Part shown: positions 26,945 through 39,780 of the stretch, one piece after another
Position numbering within the stretch: position 1 is the stretch's first letter
Layout: every line of letters begins with the position of its first letter
Source of the DNA: Eledone cirrhosa
Taxonomy: Eukaryota
DNA length: 64,000 nt
Assembly: GCA_964016885.1 (NCBI GenBank)
Contig: OZ024754.1
Coordinates: forward strand, 37,696,001-37,760,000
Direction of reading: 5' to 3'
Translations under genes and position numbers: made by a program
Notes under the pieces: model-generated
Told to the model about the DNA's origin: nothing
The model's input: the letters and a program-made list of their open reading frames with translations, nothing else
The model's database searches: none

Positions 26945-27245
26945 AAGTCCTGTAAGACAACTTCACTAGTGCTGGTTGCACGAATAAAAGCACCTGCTCC
27001 ATGCTGTAAAATGGGGGTGGGGTGGGGGTGGAGAGGGCGCCTGAGTCCAGTAAGACAAACTCTCTAGTGCTGGTGGCACGAATATAAGCACCCAGTCCAT
27101 GCTGTAAAGTGGGAGTAGGGTGTGGTGGGGGTGGAGAGGGCCCCTGAGTCCAGTAAGACAAACTCTCTAGTACTGGTGGCGCGAATAAAAGCACCCAGTC
27201 CATGCTGTAAAGTGGTGCTGGTGTTAGGAAGGGCATCCAACCATT
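26945..27245 (+). repeat. Three ~100-bp tandem copies of a SINE-like domain; duplicate at ~59835-60135
   Basis: GTAAGACAA.CT...CTAGT.CTGGT.GC.CGAATA.AAGCACC..GTCCATGCTGTAAA x3, ending in GTTAGGAAGGGCATCCA (motif also at ~39878). Confidence 0.75.
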
Positions 27246-27416
27246 ATGTATTAATGCCAAACCAATTATGAGCACAACAAATAAGTATCGCAATAACTGC
27301 GTAAACAGTAATAACACTAACCAAGTTAGGGCTGCGTACGGTAGTGGGGTGGCTGGTGCGGCCATGTGCAAGAACACCCCGACCCTCATCAAGCAATCAC
27401 ACAACAAGAACATAAT

Positions 27417-27593
27417 TGTTTCTACTTTAGGCACAAGGTCAGCAATTACCCAGTGCATTACTGGTACTTTATTTTATCGAACCCGTAAGGATGAAAGGCA
27501 AAGTCAACCTCGGCGGGATTTGAACTCAGATCGTAAAGGGACGTAACTATGCTGGAAAGCATGGCGTCCGACCCTCTACCGATACTGCCAATC
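27417..27593 (-). mobile_element. Young tRNA-derived SINE with 17-bp target-site duplication
   Basis: Minus strand has A-box-like TGGCAGTATCGG, B-box GAGTTCAAATCC and central CCGAGGTTGACTTTGCCTTTCATCC...GATAAAATAAAGTACCAG. TSD CACAACAAGAACATAAT (27400-27416 / 27594-27610). Empty site in the duplicate at ~60300. Confidence 0.9.
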
Positions 27594-27814
27594 CACAACA
27601 AGAACATAATGATGATATATATATATATCATCATCATCATCGTCATCATCATCATCATCCTCAGTAACGTCTATCCTCCGAACTAGCATGGGTTGGACGG
27701 GTTTGTCCCACTTGAGGCAAGATTGTTCAATTAAAGATATTTAGAATCAGCCGACTTTTATATAACAGATGTCAAGCACTCAACGGTATTTGTTCATCTG
27801 GAGTTTTGTTATAA

Positions 27815-27990
27815 TAATTGTTTCTACATTTGGCACAAGGCCAGCAATTACACAGTACATTACTGGTATTTTATTTTATCGACAAGGCAAAGTTAACCTC
27901 GGCGGGATTAGAACTCAGAATGGCAAGGACCGTAACTCAATGCGTCAAAGCATGGTTCCCGAATCTCTACCGATACTGCCAATCCACTGC
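27815..27990 (-). mobile_element. Older copy of the same SINE family; also ~60505-60690, 42340-42490 and fragments at 22767-22860, 56010-56108, 43385-43480
   Basis: Diverged matches to 27417-27593. Confidence 0.8.
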
Positions 27991-27995
27991 CCTAC

Positions 27996-28165
27996 TTTAG
28001 TCCATCCCTATTTATTTTACTATACGTATTTCGAAAACGTATGGCTTGTGTACAACATAAGATTAAAACATGTTCTCTTCAGATAAAATCCACAGGGGAT
28101 TTATGTTATACATATGCCATACATCTTCGAAATTCGTACAGCAAAATAAATAGGGATGGACTAAA
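27996..28165. repeat. Fold-back with ~65-bp imperfect arms; copy at ~60698-60870
   Basis: TTTAGTCCATCCCTATTTATTTT... / ...AAAATAAATAGGGATGGACTAAA. Confidence 0.8.
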
Positions 28166-28183
28166 ATAATTGTCTGTTTTGTT

Positions 28184-28251
<68 letters not shown>

Positions 28252-28528
28252 GTGAGGGTTTTTTTACAAAATGAAAAATAACCGAGGTGTCCTACACGAG
28301 TGAAAGTATAAAGAAAAAGAGATGAAATCGAAAATGCAACTGGAGTCTTATTTTTTTTTAAAATATATATATTTATTTGGTTCCTTTACCGGTTTCGCAG
28401 TTCTTCTGCTTTTCAAAAGAATTAGTATATCTACCAACATATATATACAGATGCATACCTATGCTAGCAAATATATAGGTTTTGTCTTAGTAACTTTGTG
28501 GTTCAATGCAAGGGGATGCAGAACAATA

Positions 28529-29118
<590 letters not shown>

Positions 29119-29671
29119 GGAAGATGCTAAATTGTCGGTCGTCCTCGGGCCTATGATTTTCAGCACCATGGATTTAATCTGTTACATTCATTTATTATAT
29201 TTCGAATACCTGATGATATCACCGGATTCATACGGAACCCGGTCATTGAAATGATCATAGTATAATAAACCTTTCAAGGATTTACACAAGTCCAGCCTCC
29301 TGTTACTTTATTATAATATTTAACTCCGTACTCGCACCACCAACTACACAAACGAAGACGGTTGAACTGCTTTACGTTGAGTACTCTCCATATTATTACA
29401 TCAAGATTGACGATACGGAATTGACCAGCTCTATCCAGTGGTGAACCTTCAAAATTAAATAAATATATATATATATATATATATTTGAAGTATTTCCGTA
29501 GGAAAGGTAAAGGAAAACAGAGTACTCTGTGTAGGCTACAGAGCTTTTTAGTTATGCAATAAGCAACATAAGATAATTATTTCGTTTACCAAAGGTTTCA
29601 CGAAAACAGACAAGCTTGGCACATACGTCTGCCTTCAATCGTCAGAACGAAATGAATTTTATTAAAATGGA

Positions 29672-30010
29672 AGTGAGGTATGGATGTCAAAACAGCGTCT
29701 AGGTCCACCAGTGATACCATTGATAGCGTTGGCTACAAATAAAACCTCCAATGGAAGTGTATAGTAGATCGTCACTGCACTTAAAACAATTTTCATGATA
29801 GTGCCGGTCAAAGACCGTAATACATTCACTGAGCGAAGTATATGGTTGCAAATTCGGCATGCTGGTGTCTTCGACCGGCACTATCATGAAAATCATTTTA
29901 AGTGCAGTGACGATCTACTATACACTTCCATTGGAGGTCTTATTTGTAGCCAACGCTATCAATGGCATCACTGGTGGACCTAGATTCTGTTTTGAAATCC
30001 ATACCACACC
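29672..30010. other. Intronic hairpin made from a duplicated piece of the transporter's exon 2; copy at ~62593-62916
   Basis: 29816-29981 matches exon 2 (30989-31154) in sense. 29672-29815 is the inverse complement of 29867-30010. Confidence 0.92.
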
Positions 30011-30018
30011 AGAGACTA

Positions 30019-30070
<52 letters not shown>

Positions 30071-30085
30071 ATGTTTGTGTGTATG

Positions 30086-30116
<31 letters not shown>

Positions 30117-30146
30117 TTAGTTCAAGGAGATAAACATATATATATA

Positions 30147-30727
30147 TCTATATACTACTAAAACTCTCCGATTGCTTGCTTGTCTGTAATGTAATACAGC
30201 CAAAAAGGCGCATAATGGGAAAATACTTTGGAAGAAAGTTGCCCCTGAAATGGGAATACAAATGGAATAAAATAAGATATGGGGTTTTCCCGAGATATGG
30301 GGTTTTTCCCGGTACCTTCATAAACAGAGTGAGAGAGAGAGAGAGAGAGAGGGGGGGGGAGAGAAAGATAGAAAGAAAGAGATAGTGGTTGTGAGAGAGT
30401 AGATTGAAAGTGAGAGGGAGAGGAGACAGAGAAAGAAAATGTAAGAGAAAGAGAGAATCCGTGTTGTTGTGTATATATATATGTGTGTGTGTGTGTGTGT
30501 CTATGACCAGTGTATATAGATCACAGGCACCCATATATATATATAAACACACATGCATGTATATATATGTCTACATACACACACGTATATATATGGTCCT
30601 TCCAGTTTCATTTTACATTATATACATGTCTGTATATTTTAATTATTTAAACATTATTTTTAAGTGAACATGATTTAAAAAAAATATTCTGAACCAAGCG
30701 TGACCCAACAGGTCACGTGTAGTCTAG
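30147..30727 (+). mobile_element. Non-autonomous Helitron; copy at ~63045-63619
   Basis: 5' a|TCTATATACTACTAAAACTC followed by TTGC/TTGT simple repeats. 3' hairpin CGTGACC-caaca-GGTCACG six nt before CTAG|t. No TSD. Confidence 0.75.
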
Positions 30728-30914
30728 TATCTATTATTCTCTGTTATTCACCAACTCTCCAAATACCACTGGTATTTTATCAAGTTACCTCTTCAATTTC
30801 CCCTCTCTATTGAAGAGCTCTATACATCCACTTCCCATTACCGTCCCTGACATTATTTCACACTTGTGTTCTTTCTTCCACTCTCACATTTATTTTTTGT
30901 TTTATCTTTTTTAG

Positions 30915-31764
30915 GTGCAACGTTTGACAGCTTTATGGATAACAGATATGTTAGCTTTGGAATCCTTTCTGAGATTTTTTACAATAGTCGTAATACATTT
31001 ACTGAGCGAAGTATATGGTCGCAAATTCGGCATGCTGGTGTCTTTAAGCGGCACTATCATGAAAATCGTTTTAAGTGCAATGACGATCTACTATATACTT
31101 CCATTGGAGGTCTTATTTGTAGCCAGCGCTATTAATGGCATCACTGGTGGACCTGCGAGCTTTATCACTTGTGCTGTGTCACAGATTACCGATACGTACC
31201 CGCACGAGGAAAATAGTTGCCGTCAATTTATAAAAGCTCAAAATCTTTCATTTGGAATAGCCGGCCTTTTTACAATTTATTTCGGCTTAATCATAGAAAT
31301 CTTTGGCTATTTCTCCGCTTGCGTATTTTTGCTCCCTTTAGCTGTACTCAATATAGTCATCATTCTACACCTTCCAGATAACTCTACACAGAAGGAAGTC
31401 GATTGGAACTTTTCTAAAATTAAAACGTCGTTTATAAAGATATGGAGCGTAATGACTATTAGGAAACGGTTGTTGTTGTTCTTTTTCATATCAGCCTCAC
31501 CCATTAGTTATATGCCTCTTGGAGGACAGACTTTCTATACCACACAATTACTTATTAACAGACCATTTTGCACCAGCATTTTCTTCACTGGATTTACTTT
31601 GGCTATTTCCGCTTTCACTTTTTTAACACCAAATTACTACTCAGACCGACTGAATAAACCAGGTTTTTCGGTCAATACTATAATTGCTGGAAATCTGTTT
31701 GTCGGATTCCTTAGCAGTCTTATCATTACAATAGCAGCAAAAAGAAATACATATTATGATGCAG
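30915..31764 (+). CDS. SLC46/PCFT-like MFS transporter, copy 1, coding exon 2 (850 nt)
   Basis: Polypyrimidine ttttttag| acceptor and GCAG|GTATAA donor. Multi-TM ORF with SEVYGRK (MFS motif A-like), LPL..L...GITGG, ITDT, LPD. Size close to the large exon 2 of vertebrate SLC46A1. Confidence 0.88.
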
Positions 31765-32120
31765 GTATAACTTTTTTTATTTCTTTTTTTGTGTTTCTTT
31801 ATCATAAAAGGCACCTCAATTTGGGGAGGTATTAAAAAAAACTAATAAATGGGTTTAAACTACGAATGTCAGGTGAAGGGTATAAAGTTAGTACATCGTA
31901 TTCTTTTATAATCCTTCTAAATTGTAATTCTATTTGTAATATTTTAGTACATTTTTAAACACAAGAAGAGTTTGCGGTTTAATTTTAGGGCCACTGCAGC
32001 TCTTGAACTCCTCTGGCCACTGCAGCACTAGAATTTCTTTAACCTGTAACACAAATTGACGTAGGGAGAATTTCTGGGACATTTTTTGGAAAACAATGCA
32101 TCTTATAAGCCGTAAAATAC

Positions 32121-32207
<87 letters not shown>

Positions 32208-32547
32208 GAATAATCGAGTATCGAAAAATTGGCGCACGAGTTCACGATAAACAAAATTCGAAATGAGTGGCAGAGGGCTCAATAATTCAGATAAATCAGA
32301 GCTATAACTATCGTTAAAATACCAACACACATAGATAATGTCTAAAATCAACCATACGACCGAAAAATTACGATCTGGAAGATTCGGGTCACTCAGATAA
32401 AATATCAATAAATCAATCAAATGAATATATATATAGGTGTTTGCATAGCTACGGCTTCCTAAATGTTTCTTGTAAACATACCATGTTTCTTTAGAAATAC
32501 GACATTTCTATACATATTTGTATAAATGTATGCTTGAGGCAAAATCC

Positions 32548-32712
<165 letters not shown>

Positions 32713-32819
32713 TTATTAATGTTATAGTTATAATATTAATGATAGTAGTTATACTGATTTACAGGTTGGTATATAGCTTAATGCAATGGCGGAGGGTGGG
32801 GTCACGCAGAGCTGTAATA

Positions 32820-33007
32820 CACATGTTTCATCAGAGTTTATTAAAACGCTTAATAGTAATTCACATAGAAAATATTAGGAACATCTAATACATAAAATCA
32901 CTTCACAAAATGCAAAAGTTTCAAAAGATTTTATCTATTAGATGTTCCTAATATTTTCTGTGTGAATTACTATTAAGTGTTTTAATAAACTCTGATGAAA
33001 CATGTGG
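32820..33007. repeat. Fold-back with ~70-bp arms; second ~20-bp-arm inverted repeat at ~33094-33163
   Basis: CACATGTTTCATCAGAGTTTATTAAAAC... / ...GTTTTAATAAACTCTGATGAAACATGTG. Confidence 0.8.
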
Positions 33008-33353
33008 CTCAGTACAGGTAGAAATGGCTGTCAGTTAAAAATGTTTTAAATCTTTGGTGTTGTTAAAATGTTAATGTGTATATATCATGTTTGATATAGA
33101 AATGGCTTCTACATTCATTCAAAAGATGAAACAGTTCAAGTCCTGTAGAAGCCATTTCTATATTAAATATGTTGTTTACACTCTACTAATGTATTGAGAA
33201 CCTCGATGGTATTAATTGAATGTTCTAGCTCATTCAATGAATCTGCCGAATTGCAGTAATGCAATCAGCTGTTCAGAGTGCACACATTTAATTAATAGTA
33301 GAAACGGTGGCTGTGTTTTGGTAGAGATAAAACTAGAAATCTCATTATATACA

Positions 33354-33430
33354 CAGGGTGACCAAAATTGTATACACACTTTAACACCATTCTAATCAAA
33401 GTGTGTATACATTTTGGGACACACCCTCTG
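33354..33430. mobile_element. Tiny Tc1/mariner-like MITE remnant
   Basis: CAGGGTG..CAAAATTGTATACACACTTT ... AAAGTGTGTATACATTTTGG..CACCCT inverted termini. Confidence 0.4.
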
Positions 33431-33495
33431 TGCGTGTGCGTCTGTGCTTACGTATTTTATCTTTCAATTTCTCTCATTTTTACTAACCTATCTAG

Positions 33496-33579
33496 TTTTG
33501 GTCAACAACAACGCTGTCTTTCTGATATTGTATCTGACCATCAGAACCATGTTACCTTCTCTTGAAATTAAATTGCACG
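33496..33579 (+). CDS. SLC46/PCFT-like transporter, coding exon 3 (84 nt)
   Basis: TACTAAC at 33481, tctag| acceptor, G|GTAAAG donor, phase 1-1. Encodes VLVNNNAVFLILYLTIRTMLPSLEIKLHG (SLC46 'IRS..S......QG' region). Same 28-codon length as SLC46A1 exon 3. Confidence 0.75.
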
Positions 33580-34565
33580 GTAAAGTTATCTTTATGAAAA
33601 ATCTGAATCACTTGCTCCAATCTCTCTCACTCACTCACTCACTCACTCACTCACTCACTCACTCACTCACTCACTCACTCACTCTCTCTGTCTCTCTCTC
33701 TCCCCTCTCTCTCTCCTCTCTCTCTCTCAGTCACTCTCTTTCACTTCTTTTGTCTAATGTTCATTCACTGGTGTATGTCTCTCTGTCTCCACATCACTCT
33801 CACTCCCTCACCCCCTCTCTCTCCCCTCTCTCTCAGTCACTCTCTCTCACTTCTTTTGTCTAATGTTCTTTCACCGACTGTATGTCTCTCCGTTTTTTTC
33901 TTTCGTTTTCTCTCTATTTTTTTCTCTCATTCTCTTTCGTTCTTTCACTGTCTATTTGTATCTCATCCCCCCCTCTCTATCTATGTATATATTTATCTCT
34001 ATATATCTATCTATCTTTCACTGACTGCGTACATGCACATATACGTATCTGATATTTTGTTAAGTTTGTGTCTAAATCTAACCTTGGAGAGACATGCTAC
34101 CTCCTCCTTCAAGCAAATGCTTACATGAGTGAACTCTACTAAAAGTATCCAAGAAGTCCAGTTGGGGACTGTTCACCCGGGGACACTGGATTAATAGTCT
34201 GGAAACATTATTAATTTACATTCTGTCCCCTATTTTAGTGGTCTCCAATCTTTTTTATACCACGGGCCGGCTTGATGCCAGACACTCTTTCCGTGGTCGG
34301 TCCAGTAGTTGCTCATATGTGTTATTTAAGTACATTTCGATAAAGAGAGCAATAATAAAAACAGAAATTTATTAAAGTAGATGATTATTGAATATTTAAA
34401 CAAATCTTTTAAATTTAAAGTCCAATATTCAATTCATCTATTATATAATATATAATTTTAAACAAGTTAATTATTTCTTTGTGGCCCCGTAGCAAATGAT
34501 CTGTGACCTGGTGGTTCCCCTATTTTACATAAGTTATATGTTTCTTTTGTCTCTTTATTCTTTAG

Positions 34566-34719
34566 GTTATCTCTATGCCTTGTTCACTATGAATTCATTT
34601 GGTACAACACTAATGTTACCTCTACTCAATACGATATATTTGAAAACATTCACATACTTTCCTGGTGCTGTATTTTGCCCCTATGCCGCAATCCTTTTTA
34701 TTGCTACAGTCATTCAAAT
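34566..34719 (+). CDS. SLC46/PCFT-like transporter, coding exon 4 (final exon not located)
   Basis: ctttag| acceptor, AT|GTAAGT donor. GYLYALFTMNSFGTTLMLPLLNTIYLKTFTYFPGAVF... matches SLC46 'N.IY..T....PG..F'. Confidence 0.85.
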
Positions 34720-34741
34720 GTAAGTAGACAATTCTTTTGTT

Positions 34742-34920
34742 ATTGGCAGTATCGGTAGAGGGTCGGACGCCATGCTTTCCAGCATAGTTACGTCCCTTTA
34801 CGATCTGAGTTCAAATCCCGCCGAGGTTGACTTTGCCTTTCATCCTTACGGGGTCGATAAAATAAAGTACCAGTAATGCACTGGATAATTGCTGGCCTTG
34901 TGCCTAAAGTAGAAACAATT
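34742..34920 (+). mobile_element. Young tRNA-derived SINE, about 3 differences from the inverted copy at 27417-27593
   Basis: Direct comparison by eye; B-box GAGTTCAAATCC at ~34807. Confidence 0.9.
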
Positions 34921-35064
34921 ATATATGTTTACTTAATGGTATCAATTTTAGGAAAAGATAGTTGTAAGAAGGAAAGTAAAATTATGTAGTTCATCAGTAG
35001 TAGAATATTAATTATAGGTTAACTAAATTAAAAATTGTTTTTATATTAATTTCTAAAATGTATA

Positions 35065-35205
35065 TTAATTAGGTTTATAATATTTAAAGGTTTTTCTCAG
35101 TTTATGATTACACGATATTATTAATTCCTGTCGCTTATTTAATAGGATATCCTTAGATTTCATTATTTCAAAAAGTTCTTGGGAACATAATCTACATTCA
35201 TATCT
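35065..35205 (-). mobile_element. C-terminal fragment of a Penelope-like GIY-YIG ORF
   Basis: CRLCSQELFEIMKSKDILLNKRQELIISCNH fits the PLE terminal C-x-LC-x-x-E...LNKR-x-EL...C-x-H motif. Confidence 0.7.
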
Positions 35206-35239
35206 ATTCATATATATATATATATATACATATATATAT

Positions 35240-36191
35240 AGACGAGAGAGCCCAAATTCTCCACTCACACTATGCTAAACCCATGGCCTCTAAATACCTG
35301 ATACTCAAAAACTCAGTGTCCAGTAGTGCTAAGTTTAATATTCTGATCGCAGATTTGGTACGAGTGATGAAGAATGTGTCCCGCATGTGCGACCCAACAG
35401 AAATGGAAAGACACATCCAACACTTCATCAACCGCATGCAGCTCTCTGGCTACAACCAAAGAGACAGAGTCAGAGTATACGAAGGAGCCATGGAGAAGTA
35501 TAAGACCCTCATAGAACTGGACATGAAAGGAATTTGCCCATTATACAAATCATGGAATAGCTTAGATAGGGCTAGACATAAGATAGGGAAAGCCACGTCA
35601 TGGTACGACAACCAGAGATACCAGAGTGTCATGTTTGTGGACGCTACCCCTGGAGGGAAATTAGCTAACCAGTGTAGAAAGGCTCTGAGAAAGACCCACT
35701 TGAAAATAAAGGTGGTAGAAAAGCCAGGAACCACCATAAAATCCCTGATCAGCAAAACCTACCCTTTTAAGAAAACCCACTGTACCAATAGGAAATGTAT
35801 CATATGTAAGGTGAACCCCCGGATAAACTGTAAAACTAGAAACGTAGTCTATAGCATAAGATGTGCAGAGAGTACTTGCAGAAACATGACAACAACATAC
35901 ATAGGTGAGACAGCTCGTAGCATAGGTGAAAGGATAGACCAACACTGGGGGAGAACTAAAAGGACGAAAAAACGGGTCAGTACTATACGAACATGCTAGA
36001 CAACAACATGACGGTAACATAGACAACGTAGAAATTAGAATAATATCCAAACATAGAAATGACCCAGCAGATAGGCAAATCAGAGAGGCCAGTGAAATAG
36101 AAATTAGAAGACCAAGGCTAAACAGAATGAATGAATGGAATAACAACAACACCCAAACAAACAACACTGACCTAAGAGAAGTATAAATAAG

Positions 36192-36226
<35 letters not shown>

Positions 36227-36671
36227 ATACATACACAAGCACAATAACAAGCACATAAACACACACTAGTCACCCATCACACAGGAAACAAAACACTATA
36301 CACACACGCAAACGCATGCGCAAAGAAGACAAAATAAAATAAACAAACAAGCAAATAAATAAATGAATATATAGACAGACTGAATAAAAATGGCGTAGAC
36401 ATACAATACAACAGGAGGAAAATATAGCACCACTGACGATGTTGCAGATGTGCAACGAAAGATTTATGATAAACTATATATATGTGTTTGTGTCTATATT
36501 GTATCTGTATTATTTTTGACCGTCGGTCAGTCAATGGCAACATTGAGGACCGAGTAAGTTAGATTACCGATATAAAAGACACAGAAGCGAGAAGCGAAAA
36601 TCAACCATACAGTGAGTGTGTTCTGTTATTAATTCTGGCAATATTACACAAATATGACCCTCCCCAAGTAT

Positions 36672-36680
<9 letters not shown>
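35240..36680 (+). mobile_element. 5'-truncated Penelope-like retroelement (RT thumb, Cys-rich linker, GIY-YIG endonuclease, 3' region with hammerhead); Naiad-like
   Basis: HYAKPMAS...MQLSGY...FVDATPGGKL...KVVEKPG...C..C.IC...C..RNVVYSIRC...YIGETARS...H. One frameshift in the G-run at ~35947, then LYEHARQQH...RQIREASEI...LNRMNEW, stop at 36186. Confidence 0.88.
36429..36470 (+). ncRNA. Minimal hammerhead ribozyme motif downstream of the Penelope ORF
   Basis: ACCA-CTGACGA-T-GTTGCA(GATG)TGCAAC-GAAA-GAT-TTA-TGAT, in the position expected for a PLE pseudo-LTR ribozyme. Confidence 0.6.
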
Positions 36681-36728
<48 letters not shown>

Positions 36729-36962
36729 CGAACCATGGGTTATTTTTATTTGTTTTAACAGTGGACTGCGGTTTTCAGAAGTTTGGAAGAAAATATGGAG
36801 TCATTAAGGAGAAGCGGTGATAAAAACAGTGATGCTAATAATTTCAAGATTTATTTACTGCTGCAACTTGATCATCTACGAGATGAATAAAACTTCGCTA
36901 AAATGGCAATGCGGTTTCGTTTTTATTGTAGTATATGTATGTGCCTGTGTGTGTGTGGTTGC

Positions 36963-36997
<35 letters not shown>

Positions 36998-37510
36998 GTG
37001 TATGTATGTGAGAGGGATACAGAGAGAGAGAGGGGAAAAGAGAGGGAAAGAGATATAGAGAAATATATATATATATATAGTTTAAAATATTCTTTAAACT
37101 AGACTACGAGACCCCTGAATTATAAGGCAGCCGACATAGCCCTGCAGCCGACATAGTCTATATGTAAATCCAGTACTACCTTTTGGTAGTTTGGCACTTA
37201 CTTCATCGGTTTCCTTTTGTCGAACCGCTAGTTTACGTGGATATAAACAAACAGTAAACGCAAAGGGCACACACTGCTTCGACCGACCTTATTATTCAAC
37301 CAGAGGCTACAGTAGAAGATACTTGTTCAAGGTGTTATGTAATGTGACTGAGCTTGACCACAATGACAATCTCTCTGTCTCTCATATATATTTACACACA
37401 TACACTCATATGTGCGTAAGTATACATATATATATATATTTATATGTGTGTACTTACAAAGATATATGTATAATATATACACAAATATATATATATATAA
37501 ACCATTATCA

Positions 37511-37604
<94 letters not shown>

Positions 37605-37789
37605 AGATCAAAAGATGGTTAAAGGAGTTCCATGTATTTTATTATGCGCATTTCAAAAACAAACATCATCATGCAATAATATTTGTGTTTTCATCAGATA
37701 AAAAAGGAGAACATGATATGAAGGCTAAAAAACACTTGTGGATAGTGCAGTTTTAAATCAACATATGAAAAGTGGCTTTAGATTGATGT

Positions 37790-39620
37790 GTGATATTGGG
37801 AAAAATATTTTATTTAGAGAGGTGGGGGGTGGAAAGGATGAAAAAGGGGAGGAGATGAGAGTGAAGGTGGAGAGGGAGAGATGGGTGATAGAGAGAAAGA
37901 GATAGTTTTTATAACTGAGAGAAGATATATTGTTTTACATAGAGAGATTGAAAACCGTTGGAAGATAATGTATAAATTAAAAGAATTTGAAAATTAACGA
38001 AGGGAAAAATATGTACGAGGAAAAAATATTTTATTTAGGGAGGGGGGGTGGAAAGGATGAAAAAAGGGGAGGAGATGAGAGTGAAGGTGGAGAGGGAGAG
38101 ATGGGTGATATAGAGAAAGAGATAGTTTTTATAACTGAGAAAAGATATATTGTTTTACATAGAGAGGTTGAGAACCATTGGAAGATAATGTATAAATTAA
38201 AAGAATTTGAAAATTAACGAAGGGAAAAATATGTACGAGGAAAGAGAGGTAGTCTATGTATGAAGATAGAGAGAAAAAATAATAATTGCGGATGAATATT
38301 CTAACGTCAAAAAGGTGTATGTTGATAAGTATTGTGGCAATTTCAAAATTAACGAAGAGAAAAAATTATTAAGGTTTGTGTGTAGAAGGATTTGAGAAAA
38401 ATAATGTGAAGTTAAAGTTTGTATATTGAAGGAATTGATAATATGTGCGAAGAAAGAGTTAATATGTATTAAAAAATTATTAAGGTTTGTGTATTAGATG
38501 ATTTGAGAAAAATAATGTGAAGTTAAGGTTTGTATATTGAAGGAGTTGATAATATGTGCGAAGAAAGAGTTAATATGTATTAAGAATGAGTTCGTTGATG
38601 GGGAGAAAAAAATAATAAATTAAGGATGAAATTGAGATTAAAAAGTTTTATGATAGAGAGAAAAAATAATAATAATTGCGGATGAATATTCTAACGTCAA
38701 ATAACAAATGTATATGTTATGAAGGATTTTACAAGGTGAAGATAGAATGAGGGTAATGAGTAAACAAGTATTATAGAGTGTAGGAAGATGGGTATATTTT
38801 AAAGAGGTGTATGTATATGTGCCTTTGAGAAAAGATTCTAAATTGATAAAGAATTGAATATTAGCTGTATACTTTGTGAAAAGTCCTATGGAATTTATGC
38901 AGGTAGATAGAAAACAAATCTGTACGTCTATTTATTATAGAATCTAGATTAGAGATAATGGTAAATTTTTTATTTAGGCAGAGATTACAGATTTTAGATA
39001 GAGAGCTGTTCAAGAGGATGCAGAAGAAACCTTCTTCCAAAAGATGGTATATTTAATGTTTTTGTCTTTCAAGCACCATATGAGTTCTGAGAGAGCCGTG
39101 TTGGTTCTTTTAAGTTTGTATTTAAAAGATGAATGGTGATTATAGAGACGAGCTTTAAAAGAGGTGGAAGTGGAGCCAAAATAGGTGAAGGAATTGGTGC
39201 TAGTTATAACTTTACATTCATAAATTAAGTTTTTATCAAGACAATGGTTGTTGAGAGGACATTTATTTTTAATGCGGCAGTTGCAATTAGAGAGATTATT
39301 AATGAGTGATCTAGTGTTATCTATAGAAGGAATTGGATTGGAGAAGTTGTTTGCGATAGGAATAATAGGAATAATGGTTTCTTGATTTAGAGTTGGATTA
39401 TGAACATTTAGCGAAGTTGTGTTTGACGTTGTATTTGGGTTTACAGAAGTTAGCCTAGGGTTTACAATGACGTCGGGAGTACTATTACTGTTATTATGAA
39501 ATTCAATGTTGGAAGGAAGAGATTTAGTATTTAGTATTTTATTAGAGATGATGTTGGAAATATTGGAGGATGTAGAATAAGAAAATTTGATGGTGTGTTT
39601 GTTAAATATTTTACTATAGA
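37790..39620 (-). mobile_element. Degenerate Penelope-like element (GIY-YIG domain ~38860-39620 plus 3' region with internal tandem duplications)
   Basis: Minus strand: IFNKHTIKFSYS...CNCRIKNKCPLNNHCLDKNLIYECKV...YFGSTSTSFKARLYNHHSSF...TALSELIWCLKD...ICL...INRRTDL. ~221-bp and ~110-bp tandem duplications at 37800-38240 and 38360-38582. Confidence 0.8.
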
Positions 39621-39623
39621 TTT

Positions 39624-39673
<50 letters not shown>

Positions 39674-39732
39674 ACTTACTAAGATATATGTATAATATTT
39701 ACACAAATATATATATATAAACCATTATCATG

Positions 39733-39780
<48 letters not shown>

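Noticed and set aside
29859-30161. Extra SLC46 coding exon
   Set aside because: Partial copy with no acceptor, runs into (TA)n and forms one arm of a hairpin; treated as a non-coding duplicate.
34742-34830. tRNA gene
   Set aside because: A/B boxes are present but no cloverleaf; it continues into a SINE body and is multi-copy, one copy with a TSD.
37698-37757. Terminal exon of the transporter
   Set aside because: The acceptor is plausible, but phase 2 from exon 4 gives an immediate stop and the longer open frame needs phase 1; not supportable.
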